Shown here in pieces: positions 1-12,254 of a DNA stretch of 64,000 bases. A program made the position numbers and the translations under genes. Below the pieces are notes generated by a model. It was given only the letters and a program-made list of their open reading frames with translations, was not told where the DNA came from and did not search any database. The DNA comes from Octopus vulgaris (lineage: Eukaryota). Positions within the stretch are counted from its first letter, which is position 1; the number at the start of each line of letters is the position of its first letter. The stretch is taken from the NCBI GenBank assembly GCA_951406725.2, contig OX597833.1, forward strand, positions 17,112,001 through 17,176,000, in the 5' to 3' direction.

Positions 1-89
1 CCTACAAAGAATAAGTCTTGGGGTCGATTTACTCGACTAAAGGCGGCGCTCCAGCATGGCCACAGTCAAATGACTGAAACAAGTAAAAG

Positions 90-92
<3 letters not shown>
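1..92 (+). mobile_element. SINE family A, 3' end fragment
   Basis: Matches the 3' part (acaaagaataagtc..ggggtcgattt..ccagcatggcc.cagtcaaatgactgaaacaagtaaaagagta) of full copies such as 1299-1705. Confidence 0.85.
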
Positions 93-143
<51 letters not shown>

Positions 144-158
144 TATATATATATATAC

Positions 159-228
<70 letters not shown>
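93..228. repeat. (TA)n/(TATG)n microsatellite
   Basis: Directly visible. Confidence 0.95.
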
Positions 229-231
<3 letters not shown>

Positions 232-324
232 CGACGAGAGATAATAACTACTGCCTCGGCAACAGCAATAGCAACAAGAAGAGCTGCAACATCTTAAATC
301 ACAAGCAGTAATACCCTTTTTACG

Positions 325-530
325 ATAAGCACAAAGCCTGAAGTTTTGGGGAAAGGGGTTAAGTCTATTACATCGAGCCCACGTCTCAACTTTTACTTAT
401 TTTATCGAACCCCAAAAGGATGAAAAGCAAAGTTGGTCTCGGTGGGATTTGAACTCAGAATGTCAAGACGGACGAAATGCTGCAAAGCATTTTGCCCTGT
501 GTGCTAATGATTCTGCCAATGTTCTGCCTT
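325..530 (-). mobile_element. SINE family B, diverged monomer
   Basis: Reverse complement of the family B core (aaaggatgaaaagcaaagt..gaactcagaa..gacgaaatgc..agcatttt). Confidence 0.75.
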
Positions 531-870
531 GACCACAAACAGTAAATATCGGTTTCATATTTTGGCACAAGGCCAGCAATTTCGAGGCTGGGGGTGTAAA
601 TCGATCACATCAATCACTAATCGAGAGGATGAAATGTTAAGTCGATTACGGTGGTATTTGAAATCAGAACTTACATATATGCTAAGTATATATGTAAGTA
701 TAAACACACACACACACGCACACACACACACGCACACACACACACGCACATGCACACACACATACACAAATTTATATGTATACGCTTATGCACACATACA
801 TACATAAATATGTGGATGTGGATGTATAAGTAAAGCGGTATAAGATATTATAGACGCTAATATGACACAC

Positions 871-1141
871 GTGGAGGTACATGGCTTAGTGGTTAGAGCA
901 GCGGACTCGCGGTCGAGGGATCGCGGGTTCTATTCTCAGATATGTGTGTGTTTATGAGCGAAACACTTAAGCTCCACGAGGCTCCGGCAGAAGGTAATGG
1001 CGAACTTCTGCTGACTCTTTCGTCACAACTTTCTTTCACTCTTTCCTCTTGCATCTTGCATCTCACCTGCGACGGACCGGCGTTCCGTCCAGATGGGGAA
1101 CCTATACGCCAAGGAAACCGGGAAACCGGCCCTAATGAGCC
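871..1141 (+). mobile_element. tRNA-derived SINE family C (subtype C1)
   Basis: A-box tggcttagtgg, tRNA-like head and body shared with 23008-23316 and 54185-54469. Confidence 0.85.
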
Positions 1142-1298
1142 AATAAAAATGACACCCAATAAAAAGAAAATCGATTTCACTGAAGGTACTCGAACCTCGA
1201 TTCTGTTGCTTCACTGCTGACCGTCGTACCGACTGCATTTGCCTTCGACCTTAAGATTACTCATTCAAGACCGATTTAGAGGCAAACGTCAACAAATA

Positions 1299-1705
1299 GG
1301 CGCAGGAGTGGCTGTGTGGTAAGTAGCTTGCTAACCAACCACATGGTTCCGGGTTCAGTCCCACTGCGTGGCATCTTGGGCAAGTGTCTTCTGCTATAGC
1401 CCCGGGCCGACCAATGCCTTGTGAGTGGATTTGGTAGACAGAAACTGAAAGAAGCTTGTCGTATATATGTATATATATATATATGTATGTGTGTGAGTGT
1501 TTGTGTGTCTGTGTTTGTCCCCCTAGCATTGCTTGACAACCGATGCTGGTGTGTTCACGTCCCCGTCACTTAGCGGTTCGGCAAAAGAGACCGATAGAAT
1601 AAGTACTGGGCTTACAAAGAATAAGTCCCGGGGTCGATTTGCTCGACGAAAGGCGGTGCTCCAGCATGGCCGCAGTCAAATGACTGAAACAAGTAAAAGA
1701 GTAAA
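1299..1705 (+). mobile_element. tRNA-derived SINE family A, full length
   Basis: Head ggcgcaggagtggctgtgtggtaag, B-box-like gggttcagtcc, CORE-like cttgggcaagtgtctt, internal (TA/TG)n, tail agtaaaagagta; more than 15 related copies in the window. Confidence 0.9.
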
Positions 1706-2120
1706 CCTTCCCAACCTATCTAGTTAGCTACCGATAGAAACAGCTATCGTCATATTTTTGTATTTCGACATGTATAAACAAATGCGTGGTTGTTTGATTT
1801 CTATACATATGTACGAATCACACCTGTTGATAAAGTAGACCCAGAACGGACTTGGATATGTTTAATGTAAATAGTAATGGTGTCAACACGCTAATTAATC
1901 ATAACCATCATCTGTTTTAGAACCATAAAGTTACATCATGCTTTTTCACGTTGCTACCTGAATCACTAATGCAATGTTCCTTTTCTTGGGGTTGCTGCTC
2001 TACTTTGCCTTTTTCTAGCATGCTACTTGTTCCATAGACAAATGATGGTCCCGGAACATGACGAAAGAAGAAGATACGCGTTTAGGGCCATGGGTAAAGA
2101 ACAGATGGTAGTCCCGTGGA

Positions 2121-2705
2121 AGGCGGCGAGCTAGCAGAAACGTTAGCACGCCGGGCGAAATGCTTTGCCGTATTTTGTCTGCTGTCACGTTCTGAGTTAA
2201 AATTCCGCCGAGGTCGACTTTACCTTTCATCCTTTCGGGATCTATAAATTAAGAACCAGACACGCACTGGGGTCTATGTAATCGACTTAATCTGTTTGTC
2301 TGTCCTTGTTTGTCCCCTCTGTGTTTATCCCCTTATGGGTAGTAAAGAAATAGGTATTTCGTCTGCCGCTACGCTCTGAGTTCAAATTCTGCCGAGGTCG
2401 ACTTTGCCTTTCATCCTTTTGGGGTCGATTAAATAAGTACCAGTTATGCACTGGGGTCGATATAATCGAATTAATCCGTTTGTCTGTCCTTGTTTGTCTT
2501 CTCTGTGTTTAGCCCCTGTGAGTAGTAAAAAATAGGTATTTCGTCTGTCTTCACGTTCCGAGTCCAAATTCCGCCGAGGTCGATTTTGCCTTTCAACCTT
2601 CCTGGATCAATAAAATAAGTATCAGTTGAGCACTGGGGTCGATATAATCGACTTATCCCCTCCCCCAAATTTGCTGGCCTTGTGCGAAAATTTGAAACCA
2701 ATATT
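2121..2705 (+). mobile_element. SINE family B, three internal ~184-bp units
   Basis: Head ggcggcgagct.gcagaaacgttagcacgccgggcgaaatg, then three copies of gaggtcgactttgcctttcatcctttcggggtcgat and one tail. Confidence 0.9.
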
Positions 2706-2957
2706 TATGCAACCTGTAGGAATACCAGTGGATTAAAATTGCCGAGAGAAGGATTGTGGGCAAATCTGCCCATGATCTCATGAAATGTTTCTCAATTCCT
2801 GAGCGAAAGACAACCAGAGTATTTAGTCAATAACAGATGCAACTGACAAAAGTTCCAACCGGATGTCGTCAAGGAGGAACGGAAGTGAACTTCTAAAGGT
2901 ACAGTCAACGCTGCAATCAACTGCCTTCTTGGACTGAACTGCTGAATACCTGACCAT

Positions 2958-3078
2958 CGTGGAGCTTTTAGGTGTTTTCGCTCAATAAACACACACACAA
3001 CGCCCGGTCTGGGAATCGAAACCGTGAACCTCCGACTGCGAGTCCGCTGCTCTAACCACTGGGCCATTGTGCATCCAC
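2958..3078 (-). mobile_element. SINE family C head fragment
   Basis: Reverse complement of the tRNA-like head (cccggtctgggaatcgaaacc..gtccgctgctctaaccactgggccattg). Confidence 0.8.
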
Positions 3079-3944
3079 ACACGACATAAGCAATCATATT
3101 TTTATTATCTTCGGTGAAGTGGGACGCCATTTGGTTTTTGTAAGGATGTATACAGTAATGTAAGATATACCCTGCTTGACATATTCCTGGAATTAACATG
3201 AAGCTTCAAGCTTTTAGAAATTGTGATATGTGATGGTGTGTCTGTCGTGTTTTTCCTAAAACGGGTCTCCCAAAAGCAACATCGACAACAGAGAACTGTT
3301 TCTTACATAAGCATGAAGTCTGACATTTTCAGAGAAACCGAACGTGATTCTGTTGCAGTTACTACTGAACCAACGACCTTGGAAACGTAAGTTGGGCGTT
3401 TTTTCAGGGAATATAGTACAGGCTTGCTGCGCTCCAAAGCTCGGAAGCTGATCAGCAATATCATATGACAAAATAAAAAAAAATCAACATCTGTAGGATT
3501 TTAATCCAAAATCTTGCCGTTCTGAACTAAAAAACATTTCGGTGAACTTCCAAGGCGAGTGATTTGATCTGAGAAAGTGTGTTGAAATTAAAACGATTGC
3601 AGCATGAAAGACATATGTTAACCATTTAAAAGCAGACGAGGGCTGATTACTGCATTGAAATATTTATTAATTATTATACATACAGTGTGAAAATTTTCGT
3701 CGCAACACCGGTGACCTGGTTACAGACAAAGCTCAGTGACCAGTCGCAGTTAGCGTGAAGAAAATTTTGACACCAGATGATGAATGCCTAAGAGGAGTTT
3801 ACAATTTTTGTGTTCTTTTGAATGATTTATACGTGTCTTCCACGCTGCATTTATAAAAGAATGTTTTAAATCGAGAATTAATACTCAGCATATATAATCA
3901 ATGATGTTACTTAATTGTTTCTGTAATTAATGGTTTCCTTAAAG

Positions 3945-5445
3945 AGGCAGCTGGCTGAATCGTTTGCGCGCCGGACAAAATGCTTAGCGGCATTTCATCC
4001 GTTTTTATGTTCTGAGTTGAAATTCAAGCGAGGCCGATTTACCTTTCATCTTTTCGGGGTCGATAAAATAAGTAGCGATTGAGCGCTGGGGTTGATGTAA
4101 TCGATTTACCCTATCCTCTGGAATTGCTGGTCTTGTGGGGAAATTTTAAATCAATTTGGGTCTTCCACGCTGCATTCGTAACAAAAATGTTTTTAATGGA
4201 GAAGCGATATTTGGCATTTACGATGAGTGATGTTTATTTATTCCGAAATCAATGGCCACGACTGTAGCTGAATACAAGAAGACATGGCTGTGCAAACACC
4301 TAACGATTAAAGCTGTCATTATGAAAATATATCTCCCTTAAATACATTTCCTCTAATATACATGCATCCTCGTTTATCACTGATTCATTCATCACTGAGC
4401 CAGTATTATTCAGTACGCTGAATTGTGAACCATGATACTTTTATTACGAATTGATCTGTGATAACACGGGTCGGCAACGAGTTCAAAGATACTACTTGTT
4501 ATGATGTTTTGAAGTTATTCTTTTATCATTTGCTGATTATATAAGTCGGCGAGCTGACAGAATTGTTTAATACGCCGGAGAAAATGTCAGCAGCATTTCC
4601 CCGGTTTTAAATTCTGCGTTCAAATTCCACCGAGCTCGGCTTTGCTGTCATCCTTTCGGGATCGATAAATTTAAGCGGCTGTTAAATCCTGGGGGTGATG
4701 TAATGGACTATCCCCTCCCACAAAATTGCAGGCCTTGTGCCTATAGTAGAAAGGACAATTTAAGACGACGAGTTGGCTGAAACGTTAGCACGCCGGGCGA
4801 AATGCTTAGCGGTATTTCGTCTGCTGCTATGTTCTGAGTTCAAATTCCACCGAGGTCGACTTTGCCTTTCATCCTTTCGGGGTCGATTAAATAAGTACCA
4901 GTTACGCACTGGGGTCGATATAATCGACTTAATCCGTCTGTCTGTCCTTGTTTGTCCCCTCTGTGTTTAGCCCCTTGTGGGTAGTAAAGAAATAGGTATT
5001 TCGTCTGTCGTTAAGTTCTAAGTTCAAATTCCGCCGAGGTCGACTTTGCCTTTCATCCTTTCGGGGTCGATAAGTACCAGTTACGTACTGGGGTTGATGT
5101 AATCGATTTAATCCCTTTGTCTGTCCTTGTCTGTCCTCTCTGTGTTTAGCCCCTTGTAGACAATAAAGAGATAAGAAAGGGCAATTTACTTATACATTAT
5201 TAAATTTTACTCCAAATATTTTTCCGAACGTGAAACAATATCATTATACGACGAGCTGGCACAGTCGTTACGGCGTCGGACAAAATATTCAGCGGCATTT
5301 CGTCCGTCTTTATGTTCTGAGTTCAAACTCCGCTCAACTCGACTTTGCATTTCATCATTTCGAGGGGCTGATGAAATAAGAATCAGTTCAAACCAAGAAG
5401 CCTTCTCCTACCAAATTTCGGGCCTTGTGTCTTTATCAGGAAAAA
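3945..5445 (+). mobile_element. Cluster of four SINE family B copies (approx. 3945-4155, 4546-4760, 4764-5175, 5250-5445)
   Basis: Repeated family B head and core motifs at differing divergence. Confidence 0.8.
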
Positions 5446-6267
5446 TTAAGAAGGATTATGTGAGTTTAAAAATTGCCTGGAGTTGTTATTTGTGCAAGTT
5501 TGGGGCACAACTTGGGGTCCCGGAACGAAACATATTTTCTCGATATGTTCTGCCATTCCTTTATCTCAGATTCGTTTAACGTGGTTTATTATCATCATTT
5601 TAATCAAACATCCGTGATAAACGAACGAAGATAACAATCATCATTCGATAGATTTATCTTGTACATCATACGAAATTTGTTTTTAGATTTACATTACTAA
5701 TATGCACCAAGTGACCGATAAACTTCCAGAATCTCTTACGAAACTAAACTACTTTGCTATCTACTCCTCAAAGAAGAAAACAAGACTACAAATAATGGTA
5801 TTCAACATGAAATAAAAGAATAAAAATTAAAGAAAAGAAAGCGAAAAGAAGCGAATCAAAAACTTCCGGAAAGATTATTTCTTAAATACGTTTACACACC
5901 TGGATTCTTTTTCTATTGTTTCACATGGATCTAATTTCACCTTTATTTATTTATTTCTTCATTTATTTTCTTGCATAGGTAACTGTGTGTACCTGAGTGA
6001 GCGCATGTGTTTTTTGGGTATGTGTGTGTGTATGTGTGAATGCGGGTGTGTGTATTTGTATGTGTGTATGGGAAAGTGTATGTAAGAATATGAGCATGTG
6101 CTGCCAATTTCTTTCTTAGAAAAGGTTATATCACTGTTCTGTCTCACCTATGTTTTGACACACTAAATAGAAAGAAAAAAAAACAATAGAAAACAAGCAC
6201 AAACGAAAAAAAAGCCAGGAAAACTAAGCGCAAAAACAGAAGCAGTTGATGGTAAGTCGTTCTTTGC

Positions 6268-6295
6268 TGACGTCATCACGTAGCGCAGCCAATCA
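6268..6295. promoter_or_regulatory. Candidate CRE + E-box-like + CCAAT composite site
   Basis: TGACGTCA 6268-6275, CACGTA 6277-6282, CCAAT 6289-6293 in a non-repetitive, CpG-richer patch; the same composite recurs at 36635-36662. Confidence 0.35.
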
Positions 6296-6977
6296 TGAAA
6301 GGAAACGTCATCTCGTTCAGGACCTGGTGAGGATGGTAAGCGGTGCATCATTTCATCGGCCGACATTTACTTACTTTAACTCAGTGATATGTTAGAGTAC
6401 TGATGTTCACCCCGACTTTATCGTTGCTCCACATCGTGATAGGCGGTGTGATACCGCTGTGTTCACTCACACACACACACGGACGCGCAGGCGCAGGCTC
6501 ACACACATACACACACAGATATACCTGTAGCTGCTTACACAAACATTTTCATAAGAATTCAAACACAGGTATGATGTGGGGTTTTTTTTTGTTTCTTTCT
6601 TCAACTGTCAGACTGCGACAACCTTATGTTGGAACACCAGCTGTGTCTGTGGCAAGCAGTACAAATCAGGATTGGTTGCTTCGGCATTGACGACATCAAA
6701 TTCTTCAAAGTTTAACACAATAAAATTCTAGCATCGTTGTTGACGTACACCAAATCTATCACGGACGTTTCCCCCGAAATCTTTCCCAAATCGCGTGTTT
6801 TTTTGTTTGTCTAAACAATAACTTAGTACGTATTCCGATTATATGTGCTAAATAATTGTTGTGCTAAATAACAGTTCAGTGTATTTCTGTATAACATACG
6901 GTAATTACTTATTTTCATTTCCAAGACATGCAAATATCACGAAAGATCTGTGATACTGCATTACTATATGTCATTAA

Positions 6978-8736
6978 GTGGAGGCGCGTGGCTTAGTGGT
7001 TAGGGTGTCAGCTTCATGATCGTAAGATTGTGGTTTCGATTCCTGGACCGGGCGACGCGTTGTGTTCTTGAGCAAAACACTTCATTTCACGTTGCTCCAG
7101 TCCACTCAGCTGGCAAAAATGAGTAGCGCTGCGATGGACTGGCGTCCCGTCCAGCTGGGGAACACATACGCCATTGAAACCGGGAAACCGGGCCCATGAG
7201 CCTGGCTAGGCTTTAAAAGGGTGCAGCGGAGGTGCGTGGCTTAGTGGTTAGGGTGTCAGCACCATGATCGTAAGATTGTGGTTTCGATTCCTGGACCGGG
7301 TGACGCGTTGTGTTCTTGAGCAAAACACTTCATTTCACGTTGCTCCAGTCCACTCAGCTGGCAAAAATGAGTAACGCTGCGTTGGACTGGCGTCCCGTCC
7401 AGCTGGGGAACACATACGCCATTGAAACCGGGAAACCGGGCCCATGAGCCTGGCTAGGCTTTAAACGGGTGCAGCGGAGGTGCGTGGCTTAGTGGTTAGG
7501 GTGTCAGCACCATGATCGTAAGATTGTGGTTTCGATTCCTGGACCGGGCGACGCGTTGTGTTCTTGAGCAAAACACTTCATTTCACGTTGCTCCAGTCCA
7601 CTCAGCTGGCAAAAATGAGTAACGCTGCGATGGACTGGCGTCCCGTCCAGCTGGGGAACACATACGCCATTGAAACCGGGAAACCGGGCCCATGAGCCTG
7701 GCTAGGCTTTAAACGGGTGCAGCGGAGGTGCGTGGCTTAGTGGTTAGGGTGTCAGCACCATGATCGTAAGATTGTGGTTTCGATTCCTGGACCGGGTGAC
7801 GCGTTGTGTTCTTGAGCAAAACACTTCATTTCACGTTGCTCCAGTCCACTCAGCTGGCAAAAATGAGTAACGCTACGATGGACTGGCGTCCCGTCCAGCT
7901 GGGGAACACATACGCCATTGAAACCGGGAAACCGGGCCCATGAGCCTGGCTAGGCTTTAAAAGGGTGCAGCGGAGGTGCGTGGCTTAGTGGTTAGGGTGT
8001 CAGCACCATGATCGTAAGATTGTGGTTTCGATTCCTGGACCGGGCGACGCGTTGTGTTCTTGAGCAAAACACTTCATTTCACGTTGCTCCAGTTCACTCA
8101 GCTGGCAAAAATGAGTAACGCTGGGATGGACTGGCGTCCCGTCCAGCTGGGGAACACATACGCTATTGAAACCGGGAAACCGGGCCCATGAGCCTGGCTA
8201 GGCTTTAAAAGGGTGCAGCGGAGGTGCGTGGCTTAGTGGTTAGGGTGTCAGCACCATGATCGTAAGATTGTGGTTTCGATTCCAGGACCGGGTGACGCGT
8301 TGTGTTCTTGAGCAAACCACTTCATTTCACGTTGCTCCAGTCCACTCAGCTGGCAAAAATGAGTAACGCTGTGATGGACTGGCGTCCCGTCCAGCTGGGG
8401 AACACATACGCCATTGAAACCGGGAAACCGGGCCCATGAGCCTGGCTAGGCTTTAAAAGGGTGAAGCGGAGGCGCGTGGCTTAGTGGTAAGGGTGTCAGC
8501 ATCGTGATCGTAAGATTGTGGTTTCGATTCCAGGACCGGGCGACGCGTTGTGTTCTTGAGCAAACCACTTCATTTCACGTTGCTCCAGTCCACTCAGCTG
8601 GCAAAAATGAGTAACGCTGCGATGGACTGGCGTCCCGTCCAGCTGGGGAACATATACGCCAAAGAAACCGGGAAACCGGGCCCATGAGCCTGGCTAGGCT
8701 TTAAAAGGGCGCATTTATTTATTTATTTATTATTAT
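6978..8736 (+). repeat. Tandem array of 7 x 248-bp full-length tRNA-derived SINE units (family C-related), single (TTTA)n tail
   Basis: The gagg.gcgtggcttagtgg motif starts at 6981, 7229, 7477, 7725, 7973, 8221, 8469 (exact 248-bp period); each unit has A-box tggcttagtgg and B-box-like gtttcgattcc. Confidence 0.97.
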
Positions 8737-9184
8737 AAGAGTTGCAAAGATAAAATATCAGGGTTCAAATCCACTGCTAACGGAATATTTTATTGTTATT
8801 TCGCTTCAGTTGATGTAGCTTTCGGGAACAGGTAGTAACAGCTGGCATCCTACCCAGATGAGAATTTGTGTGATTGACGTCAACCCGACTTTATAGTTAC
8901 ACCATTTCGTGATAGGTGACGTGACACTGCTGTGTGTGTGCGTGCGTACACACACAATCTCTTTTAATGAGTTCAAATCCCATCAAAGTAAACTATGCCT
9001 TTTTTGCCTTGGGGCAGGGGTCGATAAAATGAAAAAGAAATCAAGTGGTGGAGTTAATTTAATCAATTAATTCCCACTTCTAAATTTGTAGCCTTGTGTT
9101 TATGCTAGTAACAGCTTAGAGGTGGGTTTTGCGAGAACCGTTCGATTGACGGGCATGTTGTTATGCAGTACATAGTCACGGCTA

Positions 9185-9394
9185 CTCTTTTACTTGTTTC
9201 AGCCATTTGACTGTGGCCATGCTGGAGCACCGCCTTTAGTCAAGCAAATCGCCCCCGGCACTTATTCTTTGTAAGCCTAGTACTTATTCTATCGGTCTCT
9301 CTTACCGAACCGCTAAGTTACGGGGACGTGAACACACCAGCATCGGTTGTCAAGCGATGTTGGAGGGATAAACACAGACACACAACCATACACA

Positions 9395-9474
<80 letters not shown>

Positions 9475-9535
9475 TACGACAGGCTTCTTTCAGTTTCCAT
9501 GTACCAAATCCACTCACAAGGCTTTGGTCGGTCCG
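9185..9535 (-). mobile_element. SINE family A, 5'-truncated
   Basis: Reverse complement of family A body and tail. Confidence 0.85.
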
Positions 9536-9612
9536 ACACAATTGAACCATATGAACAATAATGTGTGATACACAGTTATTCATCTTTCTCTCAATATTTG
9601 CAGTGGCGACCC

Positions 9613-11392
9613 CTATTTTTCGAGGCGTTCATAATTCGTGTAGGTATGCTGGAAACTAATGATTGAGTTAGTTCTGTTTACAAACCACCATTCTTGCTGT
9701 ACAAGAGCTTCCAACCGTTCAATATTTATTGGCTTTTCTCTGTCAACTCGAATTTTAAGGATGGACCGCAAATTTTCAGTAGGATTTAAATCTGGAGAAT
9801 TTCCCGGCCAAGGCTCCAAAATTTCAATATCTTTATCTCCAAGATACTTTTTAATCCTTCTAGCAGTGTAGAAAAGTGCTCCATCTTGTTGGATAATGCA
9901 AGTTTCTTCGCCAAAAAGGAAATTGTTTACAAGGATATTTTGTTGCCATGTGGAATTCATAGAAGTGTTTTTCGACAAAACTGACAGTGATCCAACGCCC
10001 TTGGAGGAAAAGCAACCCCACATAGCTATGGCTTCTGGATGCTTGACTGTGGCCATAATACAGGCCTCATCATAGCGTTCACCTTGTCGCTTCTAACGAG
10101 CTTTTTTCCAGATGTCCCAAACAACTGAAATGGTACTTCATTATTCCATTGTTCACTTGACCACTTTTTTATATTTTCTGCAAAAGGCAAGCCTGTCCTT
10201 CGCATTTTTCTTGGACAGAAACGGTTTCTTTGCAGCACTCCTTGAAGCGAAAACATTGTCAAGGAATTGTCGTCGGACTGTCCGAGCTGAAGCGCTGACA
10301 CCGGCTGATTCCCAGTCTTTAGCAAGCTGTTTGCTTCCAGCACTTCGATTCCTCAAAGAATTTCTCCCCAAAGCCCTGTTTTGGCGGTCAGAGGACTGAC
10401 GTTAAGGACGAGGTGGCCTTCTTCACCGTCATGGATCCTGTCTCTTTGAAAGTTATTATAATCTTGTACACAGTTCTTTCAGTTGCAATGCCTTTAGCAA
10501 CAATATCCTGTGTTGTCAGAAGGCGGCGAGCTGGCAGAAACGTTAGCGCGCCGGGCGAAATGCGTAGCCGTATTTCGTCTACCGTTACGTTCTGAGTTCA
10601 AATTCTGCCGAGGTCGACTTTGCCTTTCATCCTTTCGGAGTCAATTAAATAAGTACCAGTTACGCACTGGGGTCGATATAATCGACTTAATCCGTTTGTA
10701 TGTCCTTGTTTGTCCTCTCTGTGTGTAGCCCCTTGTGGGTAGTAAAGAAATAGGTATTTCGTCTGTCTTCACGTTCCGACTTCAAATTCCGCCGAGGTCG
10801 ACTTTGCCTTTCATCCTTTCAGGGTCGATAAATTAAGTACCTGTTACGCACTGGGGTCGATGTAACCGAGTTAATCCCTTTGTCTGTCCTTGTTTGTCCC
10901 CTTTATGTTTAGCCCCTTATGGGCAATAAAGAAATATAAACGTTAGCACGCCGGGCGAAATGCTTAGCGGTATTTCGTCTGCCGCTACGTTCTGAGTTCA
11001 AATTCCGCCGGGGTCGACTTTACCTTTCATCCTTTCGGGGTCGATAAATTAAGTACCAGTTACGCACTGGGGTCGATGTAACCGAGTTAATCCCTTTGTC
11101 TGTCCTTGTTTGTCCCCTCTATGTTTAGCCCCTTGTGGGTAGTACAGAAATAGGTATTTCGTCTGTCGCTACGTACTGAGTTCAAATTCCGCCGGGGTCG
11201 ACTTTGCCTTTCATACTTTCGGGGTCGATTAATTAAGTACCAGTTGCGTACTGGAGTTGATCTAATCGACTGGCCCCTCTCCCCAAAAATTTCAGGCCTT
11301 GTGCCTTGAGTAGAAAAGAATATCCTGTGTTGTCAGGCCATTTTGGTGGAAAGAAATTATTGACTGACGTTTTTCTTTTGCCTATAGCATCC
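9613..11392 (-). pseudogene. Decayed Tc1-family (DD34E) transposase, interrupted by a SINE B multimer
   Basis: Fragments WGCFSSKGVG, IIQQDGA, WPGNSPDLNPTENL, ASARTVRRQF..AAKKPFLS; N-terminal HTH (KEKRQSIISFHQNGLTTQDIV..ERTVYKII) is restored when 10520-11336 is removed; frameshifts and stops. Confidence 0.9.
10520..11318 (+). mobile_element. SINE family B tetramer flanked by an 18-bp TSD
   Basis: Four cores (about 10613, 10797, 11013, 11197); aatatcctgtgttgtcag at 10502-10519 and 11319-11336. Confidence 0.92.
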
Positions 11393-11952
11393 CTACAATA
11401 AAAGAAAATAAAAGCTGAAGAGCCTTCATTAATTGAAAATCTATCATAAAATCCTCTTGAGATCATACATAACTTTACTTACTGTTCTTGTTATTTATTA
11501 TTAGTTTGCATGCGATTCCAACTTGCAATATTGAAGACGAATGTCAATTCCACTTGTAGGAAATATAACCAATTCTGCAAACTGGTGATTATTTGCAGTA
11601 TCTGTTGGTTTTCAACAGTTTCTCCTTCAAATCTTATTGTGTAACAGAGAACCTGTTAAAATAATATCAAATCATTAACATTTACATGATATTCTGTTGT
11701 GTCAAGGGAGAGTGATTTTCTTTTTGTGACTTATAATTTAAGACACACTCACCGGTAAAATTTCCACTTATTTCTTATTTTTATTTTCCTAAAATTTTCG
11801 TTGCGTCTTGCAACCTTTTCAATAGTCTTGCAAGAATCTTGCAAACCAAATCCAAAAACGAAATATTTACATGATATTTCACACGAAATAGTAAAAATAA
11901 AAACCCAGTGTTTGCCAAAATCGTTGGCCATGATTGTATGTATCATTGTCGT

Positions 11953-12200
11953 GTGGAGGCGCAATGGTCAAGTGGTTAGGGAAGCGGACTCGCGGTCACA
12001 GGATCGTGGTTTCGATTCCCAGACCGGGCGTTGTGAGTGTTTATTGAGCGAAAACACCTAAAACTCCACGAGGCTCCGGCAGGGGATGGTGGCGAACCCT
12101 GCTGTACGCTTTTACCACAACTTTCTCTCACTCTTCCTGTTTCCGTTGTACCTGTAATTCAAAGGGCTATCCTTGTCACACTCTGTCACACCCTGTAACC
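11953..12200 (+). mobile_element. SINE family C (subtype C2)
   Basis: tRNA-like head gtggaggcgcaatgg..gtttcgattcccagaccgggcg, shared body, distinct 3' tail. Confidence 0.85.
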
Positions 12201-12254
12201 GAAGGAGTGCCACGATAATTCTAGGTGCAATACGTCTGCTAATATATGTCTTCT

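Noticed and set aside
871-945. tRNA genes at SINE heads (also 6978, 11953, 23316, 33915, 57375)
   Set aside because: A/B boxes are present but no intact acceptor stem, and each continues into a repeat body.
3605-3626. miR-71-like start tgaaagacat (and miR-279-like tgactaga at about 32250)
   Set aside because: Only seed-length matches and no precursor hairpin.
7120-7165. Twister- or hammerhead-like ribozyme inside the 248-bp array unit (taacgctgc..ctggcgtcccgtccagctgggg)
   Set aside because: No CUGANGA/GAAA core on either strand; the twister resemblance lacks the 3' strand of P2. The segment is better explained as a conserved SINE central hairpin.
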